Shown here in pieces: positions 39,761 to 49,627 of a stretch of DNA of 52,786 nucleotides; positions within the stretch are counted from its first letter, which is position 1; each line of letters starts with the position of its first letter. The DNA is taken from the NCBI GenBank assembly GCA_017856815.1, contig JAFMEI010000001.1:1-52786 (forward strand), in the 5' to 3' direction. A model generated the notes under the pieces. It searched no databases, had not been told where the DNA came from, and saw only the letters and a list, made by a program, of their open reading frames with translations. Source of the DNA: Ilumatobacteraceae bacterium (GTDB lineage: Bacteria; Actinomycetota; Acidimicrobiia; Acidimicrobiales; Ilumatobacteraceae). A program made the translations under genes and the position numbers.

Positions 39761-40258
39761 ATGAGTATCCGCCCATCGGCTGATTCCAGCGCCGCGCCGC
39801 CGGCGCGCCCGACGAAGAACGACATGCCAACTCTCGTTGCTTTGCATGAAGCTGAACTCGCTGCTCGCGACCTTTACCGAATTGCTGTTGACTCCAATGT
39901 GGTGGCTGACGAAGATGCGTCAGCAGTCGTGAAGTTGATGGTTGAACATCATCGCGCTTACGGCCAAGCATTAGCGGGACTCATTGGCAAGCTTGCAACC
40001 AATGAAGCTGATGCCGCGATAGTTGATGCCCACAAGGCAGCTTTCGCATCCACCAGTCAATTTGCCGGAGCAGCAAACGCGCTTGAGAACGATCTCGCGC
40101 TGCGTCATACCAACGCAATCGGTGTACTTGAAGGAACCGAAGGTGCAGCACTCGTGGCGTCAATTGTCATCACCGAGAGTCGCCACGCCGTAATCACTGC
40201 CGAATTGAACGGCGCAACTTCCCTTGATGCTCTTCTCTCAACCGAGGTGGCGAAGTGA
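39761..40258 (+). CDS. Ferritin-like domain protein
   Basis: ELAARDLY...EHHRAY...LENDLA...TESRH four-helix pattern; AAGGA RBS before ATG 39761. Confidence 0.75.
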   Translation: MSIRPSADSSAAPPARPTKNDMPTLVALHEAELAARDLYRIAVDSNVVADEDASAVVKLMVEHHRAYGQALAGLIGKLATNEADAAIVDAHKAAFASTSQFAGAANALENDLALRHTNAIGVLEGTEGAALVASIVITESRHAVITAELNGATSLDALLSTEVAK

Positions 40259-41070
40259 ACGACAACAATCAGACCAAATTTGAATTCGCTGGCGCATTGA
40301 ACCGCCGCCAGTTGCTCGGGCTCGGGGGCTCATCATTGTTAGGAGCTGCTCTGCTTGCAGCCTGCTCACATGACACCCCTCCCGCCACACGAGTGGGAGA
40401 CGCGGTTACCACTACCACCATTACCGAGCCAGAGGTCAACGATGTCGTCTTATTGCGCACCGCAGCATCACTTGAGTACACGGTGATTGAGGCCTACGCA
40501 CAGTTGGCACCCTTCCTTACTGGCGATTTTGCATCGGCCAAAGATGCTGTTGATCGATTTGTGGCCGATCATGAGGCTCATGCAACTGCAATCAATGACC
40601 TTGTTGTTTCAATTGGTGGCGAGGCTTACACGCAGTCGAATGAGCGCATCAATCGCTTGTACATTCAGCCCGCTGTCGAGATCATCACTGGTAGCGACAC
40701 GGTTGAGCCAAGCCCGACTCCCGCTGAAGATGCACTCGCTGTGGCCATCGCATTGGAGAATCTTGCTGCCGCCACATACCAGTCAGTGACATCGGTACTG
40801 GAGAATCTTGATGTTCGCAAGGCCGCCATTTCGATCGGTCAGACCGAAGCGCGTCACGCCACAATTCTCACTCGCACACTTGCGCCAGAGTTGACATCAA
40901 TAGTTCCTTCAAAAGATCCAACAACCGGCGCCGACAATCTTTCCGCGCTGCCATCAGCGTTTGGTTCGTTGTCGTCAATTTCGCTCACAATTGGTGCGCC
41001 AAATGAATCAGGCACCAAGACCAGCCTCAGCCTTGACACTCCGAGCCTGAACAGCCTCATCACTGAGTAG
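40255..41070 (+). CDS. Tat-exported ferritin-like lipoprotein
   Basis: LNRRQLL twin-Arg, LAAC lipobox; LEY...AY...DHEAH...LENLAAATY...TEARH. Confidence 0.8.
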   Translation: MNDNNQTKFEFAGALNRRQLLGLGGSSLLGAALLAACSHDTPPATRVGDAVTTTTITEPEVNDVVLLRTAASLEYTVIEAYAQLAPFLTGDFASAKDAVDRFVADHEAHATAINDLVVSIGGEAYTQSNERINRLYIQPAVEIITGSDTVEPSPTPAEDALAVAIALENLAAATYQSVTSVLENLDVRKAAISIGQTEARHATILTRTLAPELTSIVPSKDPTTGADNLSALPSAFGSLSSISLTIGAPNESGTKTSLSLDTPSLNSLITE

Positions 41071-41152
41071 TAGCCGGTACTTGCTAATCACTCATTCACT
41101 ATGAGTGACAATTGTTGAGAGCCCTAGAGAGTCATCGGCGTAGACTTTTTTA

Positions 41153-41495
<343 letters not shown>

Positions 41496-41504
<9 letters not shown>

Positions 41505-41981
41505 CTTTTGATCGACCAGCCAACCCTTTTGCAGGAACTGTTGTCGTTTTTGCGAGTCGCTCAATCCGAAGCGCTGCCACGCCCAACGGATGAGAAGTAT
41601 CCCTGCAATTTCTAAAAAGATGTTTGCCACCCAGCGGTCGGCCACTGGAAGACTCGCATCATCGAAACCGAACCCAGAGAATGGCCACCAGAAGACCTCT
41701 GTTTTGGCAAACGCGGCGTCATAGACGAGATGAAGAAACATTCCGATTGGAAGCGGCATTAGAAGTGCGCGGGTGCGTTTGTATCGCGATGTGCACACCA
41801 CGATTGTGGTCATCACCACCACGCTTGCAAAGACAGAATGCAGAACTCGCGCTCCACCAAACCAGACGTCAATTACATCCGGGAGTAAGACGCCAAGCAG
41901 GAGCGGTCGGTAATCAAAAGAATCGTCGTGGAAGACAAACCAGATACTTAATACTGCGGTGCCAACAAACCAAAGAAACAC
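41496..41981 (-). CDS. Membrane-bound metal-dependent hydrolase-like protein
   Basis: G.LLPD.ID, HS, HL..D, WWP motif typical of YdjM/DUF457-like proteins. Confidence 0.7.
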
Positions 41982-41987
41982 AGGCAA

Positions 41988-42689
41988 TCAGAGTACGAGC
42001 CAACGCCCACAATTCGGACATTCAGGATCGGCCGAACCGCCAAGATCTTTCAGCTGCTGCAACTCCCCTGCTGACAGGTCAAGGTGGCAGCCGCTGCAGG
42101 TACGACCAACAAGTGCCGATACCGCAACCCCACCAAGGTGCTTGCGGCGCGATTCATATTCGGCCAGCACATCCTTGGTTGTTTCGGCAATCGCGTCACG
42201 GCGCTGACGATCGCCCCTCATCTCTTCATCAATCCGCGCATCAGCATCGCGCAATGCCGTTTCTCGCGCAGGCTTTTCCCGCTCCAGTTCAGCCAGGGCT
42301 TTGCGCGCATTGTCACGCGCAATCTCCTGCTCACCGAGCTGTTCCATTAGGTCAAGACCCATGCCATCAGCTTCTTCGCGTTCTTGGCGCAATGATTCAA
42401 TCTCACGCTGCAAAGATTCCGCTTCACGGGGCGCAATTACTGTGCGCAATTGGGCTTCGAGTCGCTGACGTTTGGCGTCACAATCGTTGCCACTTTTTTC
42501 GGCTTCCGCAAACGCCGACTCAAGTTGGGCAATAGCTGCATCCAATTGCACGATCAATCGCTCATGTTCGATGATTTGACCTTGAAGAAGTTGCAATGCC
42601 TTTCGCTCTGGCAACGCATTGCGCTTGTGTTCAAGTTGATTTAGATGCGTGTCAATGGCCTGCAGTTCGAGCAGCACCTTGAGATCCAT
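41988..42689 (-). CDS. Coiled-coil protein with C4 zinc ribbon (CT398/DUF164-like)
   Basis: LL.LQ.ID, long coiled coil, CSGCHL...CPNCGR.L; usual neighbour of rnpB. Confidence 0.88.
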   Translation of the reverse strand: MDLKVLLELQAIDTHLNQLEHKRNALPERKALQLLQGQIIEHERLIVQLDAAIAQLESAFAEAEKSGNDCDAKRQRLEAQLRTVIAPREAESLQREIESLRQEREEADGMGLDLMEQLGEQEIARDNARKALAELEREKPARETALRDADARIDEEMRGDRQRRDAIAETTKDVLAEYESRRKHLGGVAVSALVGRTCSGCHLDLSAGELQQLKDLGGSADPECPNCGRWLVL

Positions 42690-44992
42690 CACCTGCTGAC
42701 AGTAGTCGCAATCCCCGGAGGCAAGGGCTTCGAACAGTCGTATACGAGATAACGGCTCGGATCAACCATCGGCATTCCTGCTGTCGGGTCAATTTCATCG
42801 TCAGGCACAGTTGTATCTGGTGGCTCAAGACTCACCACAGTTCGGTTGCCGTAATTGGGCGGCACAGTTGTACTTCCTGGCGAGGTGCCACCAGATGTAT
42901 TCGTGGTTGGTGGTTGGGTTGTCGCCGGCGCTGGCAGCGTTGTTTGTCCTGGAACCGTTTCCACCGGACCAGTTAGTGAACTCGGCAATGAGCCATTAAC
43001 TACTCGCGCAATGCACTCATTGCCTGGGAGGTAGAGCCGCATCGAACCACGAAGCGGTGGCAGCGGAGCGGTCCAATCGAGCAATGGGAAACCACTCAAC
43101 GAGCGATCCATGAACGCCTTCCAGATCTTGGCTGGGTAGGTTCCACCGATCACATTGTCAACACCGTCGTTAAGGAATTCTGGGATGTCAACCATCGGCG
43201 TGTACGCATCAGGGTCGCCCACCCATACCGAGGTGGTCAACTGTGGCGTGAATCCCACAAACCAAGCATTGGTGTTCTCATCCTGGGTTCCCGTCTTGCC
43301 AGCTGCGGGTCGCCCACCTGCGAGCGGATAGTTACGTGCAGTTCCGTACTGCAATGTGCCTTTCATGATGTCCACGGCTTCGTGAGCAACTTCAGCTGGG
43401 ATTACCTGCTCGCCCTTCAACTGATGTGTATAAAACACGCCATCAGGGCTTTCAATGCGCTCCACCATGTAAGGCTGCATGTGCATTCCGTTATTGGCGA
43501 GAGTTTGTGCACCCGAGGCCATGTCTAGCGGGCTCATCTCGTTCGCACCCGTGGCAAGGCTCGCGTACGGCTGAATCGTGTACGTATCTCGGGACAAGTA
43601 CTCCGATGACGCCATTTTGTAAATGTTGTTTACAACGCGATTCAATCCGACAATTTGTGAGAGTCGCCCGTATGCACAGTTGATGGAACGCGCGGTCATC
43701 ACATCAAGTTGATCAATCCCACCGTCAACAGCATCGGTAATTTCAAATGGTTCTGATGGTTTGCCTGGGTTGGGCAACACGCAAGGAAGCCGGCCATCAA
43801 GAATGTCGTTAGATTGAGCTCCCGCTTCAAGTGCCGCAGCGAGGATGAAGAATTTGATACTTGAGCCAGTCTGCCTGCGTCGCAGTGTCATGTTGACTTC
43901 GTTCTGTCCCGCAACAAACCCGGCACCACCGACCATGGCGCGCACACCACCAGTGGCCGTATCAAGTGATAACAATGCGGCTTCAAATCCCTGTTGGTTG
44001 GCTGGAAGATTGCGCGCTGCTTCCTCAGCAGCCACCTGCATCGCAGCATCAAGAGTGGTGTGAATTCGTAGACCACCACGGAAAAGGGCGTTGTACCGCT
44101 CTTGATACGTTTCACCGAGAATCGTTGAACGATTCAACAGGTAGTCCTTGACTGCTTCTGTGAAGTAGGTGCGTTCAACGCTGCGCTCCGGCACGCTCTT
44201 CAACACCTCGGGTATCTCCCACTTCAATCCGAGTCTCTCGGCGCGTTCCTCGGAAAGCAGACCCACATCCACGAGTCGGTCAAGCACGATTCGGAATCGT
44301 TCGCGTGAACGCTCCGATCGGCGAATCGGGTCATAACTGGTCGGTGCCTGCACGAGACCTGCCAAGAACGCGCCTTGCACAATCGTTAGACGCTCAACGG
44401 GCACCCCAAAATAAACCTCGGCTGCGGCTTGGAGTCCGTAAGCGTTGTTACCGAAGTAAACAGTGTTGAGATAACGCTCAAGAATCACGCGCTTGGGAAC
44501 CTGCTTCTCCAGCATTACTGCATAACGCGCCTGGAGAATCTTGTAGCGACCATCACGTGCGAGCCCAGCGAGATATTCGTTTTTCACAACCTGCTGCGTG
44601 ATCGTGCTGGCACCTTGTCTTGCACTTCCAGCTTGGAAGTTTGACAAGGTCGCACGCACCAATGCACGAATGTTCACGCCCTCGTGGTTGTAGAACCCCG
44701 CATCTTCAACGGCGAGGATTGCAGCAATCACATCTACTGGAACTTGATCAACATCAAGAGGCTGGCTGTTCTCTAGTTGGAATGCGCCGATCTGCACACC
44801 CTTGGAATCAAACACGAGGGTCCGCTCAGCGAGCCCTGAGAAAGTTGGCAACACGACTGGCACCTCATCATGGGCGTTCAGCACCGCCCACACCCGTGGG
44901 GCCATGCCTGCAATGCATGCGGTTATGAACAAAGCACCGGCAAGCACCACTACTGAAGCCCTGGCAAACCATTGCCATCGCGTTTCCTGCAC
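42689..44992 (-). CDS. Class A (bifunctional) penicillin-binding protein
   Basis: EDAGFYNHEG, GASTITQQ.VKN, YLN.VYFG; GSSIK, SIN, KTGT; Thr/Pro-rich tail. Confidence 0.93.
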   Translation of the reverse strand: MQETRWQWFARASVVVLAGALFITACIAGMAPRVWAVLNAHDEVPVVLPTFSGLAERTLVFDSKGVQIGAFQLENSQPLDVDQVPVDVIAAILAVEDAGFYNHEGVNIRALVRATLSNFQAGSARQGASTITQQVVKNEYLAGLARDGRYKILQARYAVMLEKQVPKRVILERYLNTVYFGNNAYGLQAAAEVYFGVPVERLTIVQGAFLAGLVQAPTSYDPIRRSERSRERFRIVLDRLVDVGLLSEERAERLGLKWEIPEVLKSVPERSVERTYFTEAVKDYLLNRSTILGETYQERYNALFRGGLRIHTTLDAAMQVAAEEAARNLPANQQGFEAALLSLDTATGGVRAMVGGAGFVAGQNEVNMTLRRRQTGSSIKFFILAAALEAGAQSNDILDGRLPCVLPNPGKPSEPFEITDAVDGGIDQLDVMTARSINCAYGRLSQIVGLNRVVNNIYKMASSEYLSRDTYTIQPYASLATGANEMSPLDMASGAQTLANNGMHMQPYMVERIESPDGVFYTHQLKGEQVIPAEVAHEAVDIMKGTLQYGTARNYPLAGGRPAAGKTGTQDENTNAWFVGFTPQLTTSVWVGDPDAYTPMVDIPEFLNDGVDNVIGGTYPAKIWKAFMDRSLSGFPLLDWTAPLPPLRGSMRLYLPGNECIARVVNGSLPSSLTGPVETVPGQTTLPAPATTQPPTTNTSGGTSPGSTTVPPNYGNRTVVSLEPPDTTVPDDEIDPTAGMPMVDPSRYLVYDCSKPLPPGIATTVSR

Positions 44993-45059
44993 CTCTCAAC
45001 GGTACTTTGGCGACTTCATGACATGCCGTCACCGCGGCATACGCAAGTACCCTGTGTGC

Positions 45060-46004
45060 ATGTCTCTATTTCCCATTAAGCCCTTCCGTTTCGGCGTTCA
45101 AGCACACCGGGCCAACTCCAGATCCGAATGGGTCGAACTCGCCAAGCGTGCCGAAGGCAATGGATACGCCGTTCTCACCATGCCCGACCACTTCAATGAT
45201 CAGTTGGCGCCAGTGCCCGCCCTCATGACCATTGCCGACGCGACCACTGATCTCAGGATTGGTGCACTCGTATGGGATAACGATTACAAACACCCACTTG
45301 TACTGGCCAAAGAGCTCGCAACGATGGACCTTCTTTCAGACGGTCGTCTCGAGATTGGCATTGGTGCGGGGTGGATGGCAAGCGACTACGAAGAAGCAGG
45401 AATGCCCTACGACTCACCGAAAGTTCGTATCGATCGATTCGTTGAAGGTCTCGCAGTAATCAAGGGGTTAATGCAAGAGGGGCCGCTCAACTTCACAGGT
45501 GAGCACTACAAGATCACCAATCATGACGGTCTACCAAAACCCGTACAGCGACCCTATCCACCAGTCCTAATTGGCGGCGGAGGCAAACGCGTACTCACCA
45601 TTGCAGCTCGCGAAGCTGACATCATCGGCATCAACGGCACGATGACCGCAGGCGTAGTCGGCCCCGAGGCAATCTCAACGATGACTGCTGAAGCAGTGAC
45701 TGAGAAGTGCGCAATCGTGCATTCGGCGGCAGGAGCACGCCTTGCGGATATTGAGATGAACATCCGGGCATTTTTCGTCAAGGTGACCGATACACCAGAC
45801 TTCACTTTTTCCAATCTTGCTGGCATTCTCTCGGTTGATGAATCAATGGTCCGCGACTCACCATTTGCACTTATCGGCACGGTTGACGACATTGTTGAGC
45901 GACTCATTGAGCGTCGCGAAGAGTTTGGATTTTCTTACGTGATTGTTGGTGGCGAAGATATTGATTCTTTCGCACCAGTGGTTGGCGCACTCAGCGGGAA
46001 GTAA
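45060..46004 (+). CDS. LLM-class (probably F420-dependent) oxidoreductase
   Basis: PFRFGV, PDHF..QLAP, NDYKHP..LAKE.AT.D.LS.GR.E.G.GAGW, PKPVQRP.PP.LIGGGG. Confidence 0.88.
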   Translation: MSLFPIKPFRFGVQAHRANSRSEWVELAKRAEGNGYAVLTMPDHFNDQLAPVPALMTIADATTDLRIGALVWDNDYKHPLVLAKELATMDLLSDGRLEIGIGAGWMASDYEEAGMPYDSPKVRIDRFVEGLAVIKGLMQEGPLNFTGEHYKITNHDGLPKPVQRPYPPVLIGGGGKRVLTIAAREADIIGINGTMTAGVVGPEAISTMTAEAVTEKCAIVHSAAGARLADIEMNIRAFFVKVTDTPDFTFSNLAGILSVDESMVRDSPFALIGTVDDIVERLIERREEFGFSYVIVGGEDIDSFAPVVGALSGK

Positions 46005-48102
46005 ATCGGTTGTAGGCGGCGACTCCGTCTACGAAGTCACCAACGTTGGCATCGACCACTGGCGTTAGCCAGCGCACAAAAGTGTCAGTTAGATGGTTTC
46101 CATCTCGGTACATCATGATGTCCCCTGTAACCATTGGGCATCTGCCCTCGTGGCAGGTCCATCGCGACGGCCACACAATGCTGACTTTGTATTGTGCAGT
46201 TTTTGCCGCCATTACTGCCTCAATCTCTGGCTGCACGACGTCAGCAAAATCCTGGGTGCACCGTTGGATGTCGTTTCGATTCGAAGCTAAGCAATCCACT
46301 GGTGAGCCATCTGGATCTGAATTGTCAGCAAAAAATACTGGCGTTATGCCGTCACTCTGTAGCCGCGTGAACAGTTCATCCAGGCCCGACTCCCAGACAC
46401 TTGGCGTTACTCGACTGCGGGTCCGCACATCAAAGAAGCCGGTGTACTGGGTGAGAAACACCACGTCTACTTTCTCGGCTTTCATTCGCTGGAAAACAGC
46501 TTCACGCCATTCGTCACAATTTCGATACACCACATTGGTGGTCAGATTCACGGTCAGCACATTGATAATCGGGCAACTTCCCTGCGTGAGGGCAAGCACC
46601 CGCCACTTGCGTTCTTTGGCGATTGCTTCAATCGCAGTGAACCACTGGGCCGCGTGCGAATCACCAAAGAGTGCAACGGTCGTTTTCGCATTGGGTTTAC
46701 CGAACACACAACCTTCGGGCACTGTGGTGGCCATGTATTGATGGCAATTGTTGTCGTACAAAATCGGTGAATCCACTAGCGCAGAATTCAGAGCCGGTCT
46801 GAGGTTGTCAGGGAGTAGCTCTTGCGTTAGAGCATCAATTACCGCCTGTGGGGCGCGCTCAAAACCGTTATTCAGAGGATCAGGCATTCGGGGAGCGGAT
46901 GTTGTAGTGGTCACTGCCGCAGTGGTAGTGGTTATCTCGTCTACTCGCTCAGCGGTGTATCCAGTTGTGAGGCTTGGGTTGTACGAAGCCAGCGCAACTG
47001 AAGCAATAACTCCAGACACAACTAGCGCACCACCCAAAGCAAACGAAAGACGTCGCTCGTGCTGCAACTTGGTCGAACGCCTAATCGGGTTTTCTACGAG
47101 ACGAAATCCAATCTCCGCAACGAGCACAACAAGAATTAGCAACTTCCAGCGATCACCTGCGCTCAGAGATTCGCCCTTGTTTGAAGCAGCGATGATGAGT
47201 GCTGGCCAGTGCCATAAGTACAACGAGTACGACCGCGCACCAACCCATTGCATTGGTGCAAGACCAAGTACTAGTTGGGGACCACCTTTGGTGTTGCTGC
47301 CCGCAGACAACGCAAGCCCAGCTCCGAGCACAGGTACGAGTGCAACCCAACCGGGGAACTCATACACACTCCCGTATCGCACGACAGCAAAAACAATCAT
47401 CGCAAGCCCAATCCAGCCACCGATCGCCCGTACAGAACTTGGCACGCGTTCGATATCGCGCCAACAGACTGCGATTATTGCGCCAAGGGCGAGTTCCCAT
47501 GCTCGAGTATGAAGACCGAAGTACGCCCATGATGGATTTGACTGAGTAGTCGCGATGCTAAGCACCAGCGAACCAACAAAGATCACGGATAAAGCGATCA
47601 GCAGGCGGTTACGAATATTGACCGCGCGCCACGTAACTAACGCTACGAGCGCAGGCCACACCATGTAGAACTGCTCTTCTACTGCGAGTGACCAGTAATG
47701 CTGCAGCGCCGATGGATCCAACTGCGATCCGAGATAGTCAGCACCACGCTCGGCGAATACGTAGTTAACGAAAAATCCAGCGGCCCCAAAGATGTCATGT
47801 GCCAGCTGGTTCAAGCGGGTTGGGTTTAGCCAGATTGCCGCTGAGATAGCAGTAGCCACCAGAACGACAGCGGAAATCGGCAATAGTCGCCTAATTCGCC
47901 GAGTGTAAAAACTCGCCATTGAGATGCGGCCAGTGGTATCGCGCTCGGAGACGAGCAGCGAAGTTATGAGGAACCCAGAGATGACGAAAAAGACGTCCAC
48001 CCCGACATAGCCACCACCTGTATGCGGGACCCCGAAATGGAATAGCAACACTGCAACTACAGCGATCGCACGCAGACCTTCTATGTCACGGCGATGAAGC
48101 AC
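45991..48102 (-). CDS. AT3-SGNH O-acetyltransferase (OafA/OatA-like)
   Basis: DIEGLRAIAV, GVDVFFVISGFLIT, HYWSLAVEEQFY, SYSLYLWHWP; GDSHA and DGNHL catalytic motifs. Confidence 0.93.
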   Translation of the reverse strand: MLHRRDIEGLRAIAVVAVLLFHFGVPHTGGGYVGVDVFFVISGFLITSLLVSERDTTGRISMASFYTRRIRRLLPISAVVLVATAISAAIWLNPTRLNQLAHDIFGAAGFFVNYVFAERGADYLGSQLDPSALQHYWSLAVEEQFYMVWPALVALVTWRAVNIRNRLLIALSVIFVGSLVLSIATTQSNPSWAYFGLHTRAWELALGAIIAVCWRDIERVPSSVRAIGGWIGLAMIVFAVVRYGSVYEFPGWVALVPVLGAGLALSAGSNTKGGPQLVLGLAPMQWVGARSYSLYLWHWPALIIAASNKGESLSAGDRWKLLILVVLVAEIGFRLVENPIRRSTKLQHERRLSFALGGALVVSGVIASVALASYNPSLTTGYTAERVDEITTTTAAVTTTTSAPRMPDPLNNGFERAPQAVIDALTQELLPDNLRPALNSALVDSPILYDNNCHQYMATTVPEGCVFGKPNAKTTVALFGDSHAAQWFTAIEAIAKERKWRVLALTQGSCPIINVLTVNLTTNVVYRNCDEWREAVFQRMKAEKVDVVFLTQYTGFFDVRTRSRVTPSVWESGLDELFTRLQSDGITPVFFADNSDPDGSPVDCLASNRNDIQRCTQDFADVVQPEIEAVMAAKTAQYKVSIVWPSRWTCHEGRCPMVTGDIMMYRDGNHLTDTFVRWLTPVVDANVGDFVDGVAAYNRFTSR

Positions 48103-48166
48103 TCACTCAGTTTTGCAGAGCACACTTCGTCAAGGCGCTCACACATGCACGCTAAGTGTCACAAAT

Positions 48167-48203
48167 AAAAATGGGGCCACCGGGCAATCGCCCAGTGACC
48201 CCA
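48167..48203 (-). terminator. Rho-independent terminator of the 48231-48551 gene
   Basis: 14-bp stem UGGGGUCACUGGGC/GCCCGGUGGCCCCA with G-U pairs, followed by UUUUU. Confidence 0.85.
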
Positions 48204-48230
48204 CCTATTTAGTTGTGTTGTGTGGTTGGC

Positions 48231-48551
48231 TTAAGCCGCGCGGAGGGAGGTGAGCCCGCGGCTAATGAAGGTGACGATTGCGTCCTTTACTGGCACCATG
48301 CCGTAAACGATCGCACCATCAACCACAATCTGCATCCACTCTTCACGCATTCCACCGGTGAGGGAGGACACGATGTTGATGTCGAGTGCCCACACGAGGA
48401 GGATGCTCACACCAAGAGTGAGATGGTTGCTGATAATCGGGAGCCGATTGACCAGGGTGTCCAACTTGAAGGTGCGCAGCACGGTGTCGAGAACCGGCAT
48501 GACAGCGCCCAGAAGGATGGCCAACAGGATGAGTGAACCAATGGTGTACAT
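48231..48551 (-). CDS. Small membrane protein of unknown function
   Basis: AAAGGAG RBS, three hydrophobic segments, its own terminator. Confidence 0.8.
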   Translation of the reverse strand: MYTIGSLILLAILLGAVMPVLDTVLRTFKLDTLVNRLPIISNHLTLGVSILLVWALDINIVSSLTGGMREEWMQIVVDGAIVYGMVPVKDAIVTFISRGLTSLRAA

Positions 48552-48589
48552 GGAATGCTCCTTTAAGTAGCACTCCGCCCAAAGAGCAA

Positions 48590-48605
48590 TGTAACGAACG
48601 TCACA
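48590..48605. promoter_or_regulatory. CRP/GlxR-like palindrome
   Basis: TGTAA-CGAACG-TCACA, 9/10 match to TGTGA-N6-TCACA, overlapping a candidate -10 TACATT on the minus strand. Confidence 0.55.
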
Positions 48606-48636
48606 GCAAAAGTGGTGGATTTAAAACCCTTGCCAA

Positions 48637-49536
48637 CTAAGGCTTTGCACGTTTTCTTGCCTCATTGCCCAGATCCAGCCCCAGAACGGCCAATGCAACC
48701 CAGATGAGCCCGAACCCCACGAAGGTGGTGGCGTCAACACTCTCGTCGTATGCGAGCCAGCCGAGCAGAAAGTTCACCACGGGCACGATGTATTGCAGCG
48801 GGCCAAGTTGAGTCATCGGTAAGCGCTGAGCCGCGGCACCATACATCCACAGCGGAATCACGGTGACTGGCCCGGTTAGGGCCACCAATATCCACTGCCA
48901 TGCAGTCGCAGCATGAATCACGCTGTCGGTGTGTGGCGAGAGAATCGCTATCAAGATCACCGCAGGAACAACCAGCACCACCATTTCCATGGCAAGCGAG
49001 TCAACGGCAGCGATGGTGAGACGACGCTTCACCAAGCTGTAGATCGACCATGACCCCGCAATGAGTAACGCAATCCAGGGCACGTGCCCATAACTAAAGC
49101 TGATTACAGCAATCGCTGCAGTGGCGAGAGCAACGATCAGATATTGCGGCGGACGCAACTTCTCCCCCATGACCGCAACACCAAGCAGCACAGTTCCCAT
49201 TGGCGACAAGAAATATCCAAGCGCCGCTTCGAGAAGGTGTTCATGCACTACGGCGAGAATGTAGGAGCTCCAATTAACAACCACAGTTAGCGCTGCGACG
49301 AACACAAGCGATCGACTCGCCGGCGACCGAATTGCTTGTAGCAAGGGTGCCATGCCGCCACGTACTGCCAGTAGGGCCGCAAGGGTGGCAAACGACATCG
49401 CGACCCGCCACCCAATCAGCTCACCCGCACGAAAATCCACCAACTGCTTCCAGAAGATGGTGACCAAACCCCAGATCACATAAGCACCAATTCCGAGGAG
49501 AATGCCCTCTCGAAACCGGCGGGGATTTTCTGACAT
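48637..49536 (-). CDS. rarD: EamA-family transporter RarD
   Basis: AY.IWG....FWK, NW..YI.AV, LEAALGYF..P, GEKL, G.LQYI.P. Confidence 0.9.
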   Translation of the reverse strand: MSENPRRFREGILLGIGAYVIWGLVTIFWKQLVDFRAGELIGWRVAMSFATLAALLAVRGGMAPLLQAIRSPASRSLVFVAALTVVVNWSSYILAVVHEHLLEAALGYFLSPMGTVLLGVAVMGEKLRPPQYLIVALATAAIAVISFSYGHVPWIALLIAGSWSIYSLVKRRLTIAAVDSLAMEMVVLVVPAVILIAILSPHTDSVIHAATAWQWILVALTGPVTVIPLWMYGAAAQRLPMTQLGPLQYIVPVVNFLLGWLAYDESVDATTFVGFGLIWVALAVLGLDLGNEARKRAKP

Positions 49537-49627
49537 TTTGTCAGTCTCCCACCCCCTCACACCTATTTAGGCGCTCGCTTTGCTTTGGTAATTTGGTGAG
49601 TGAACAGTCAATCGGAGGAGGGGTCCG

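Noticed and set aside
41624..42535. 303-aa plus-strand ORF
   Set aside because: Shadow of two recognisable minus-strand genes
46046..47512. Two long plus-strand ORFs (231 and 254 aa)
   Set aside because: Antisense shadows of the acyltransferase
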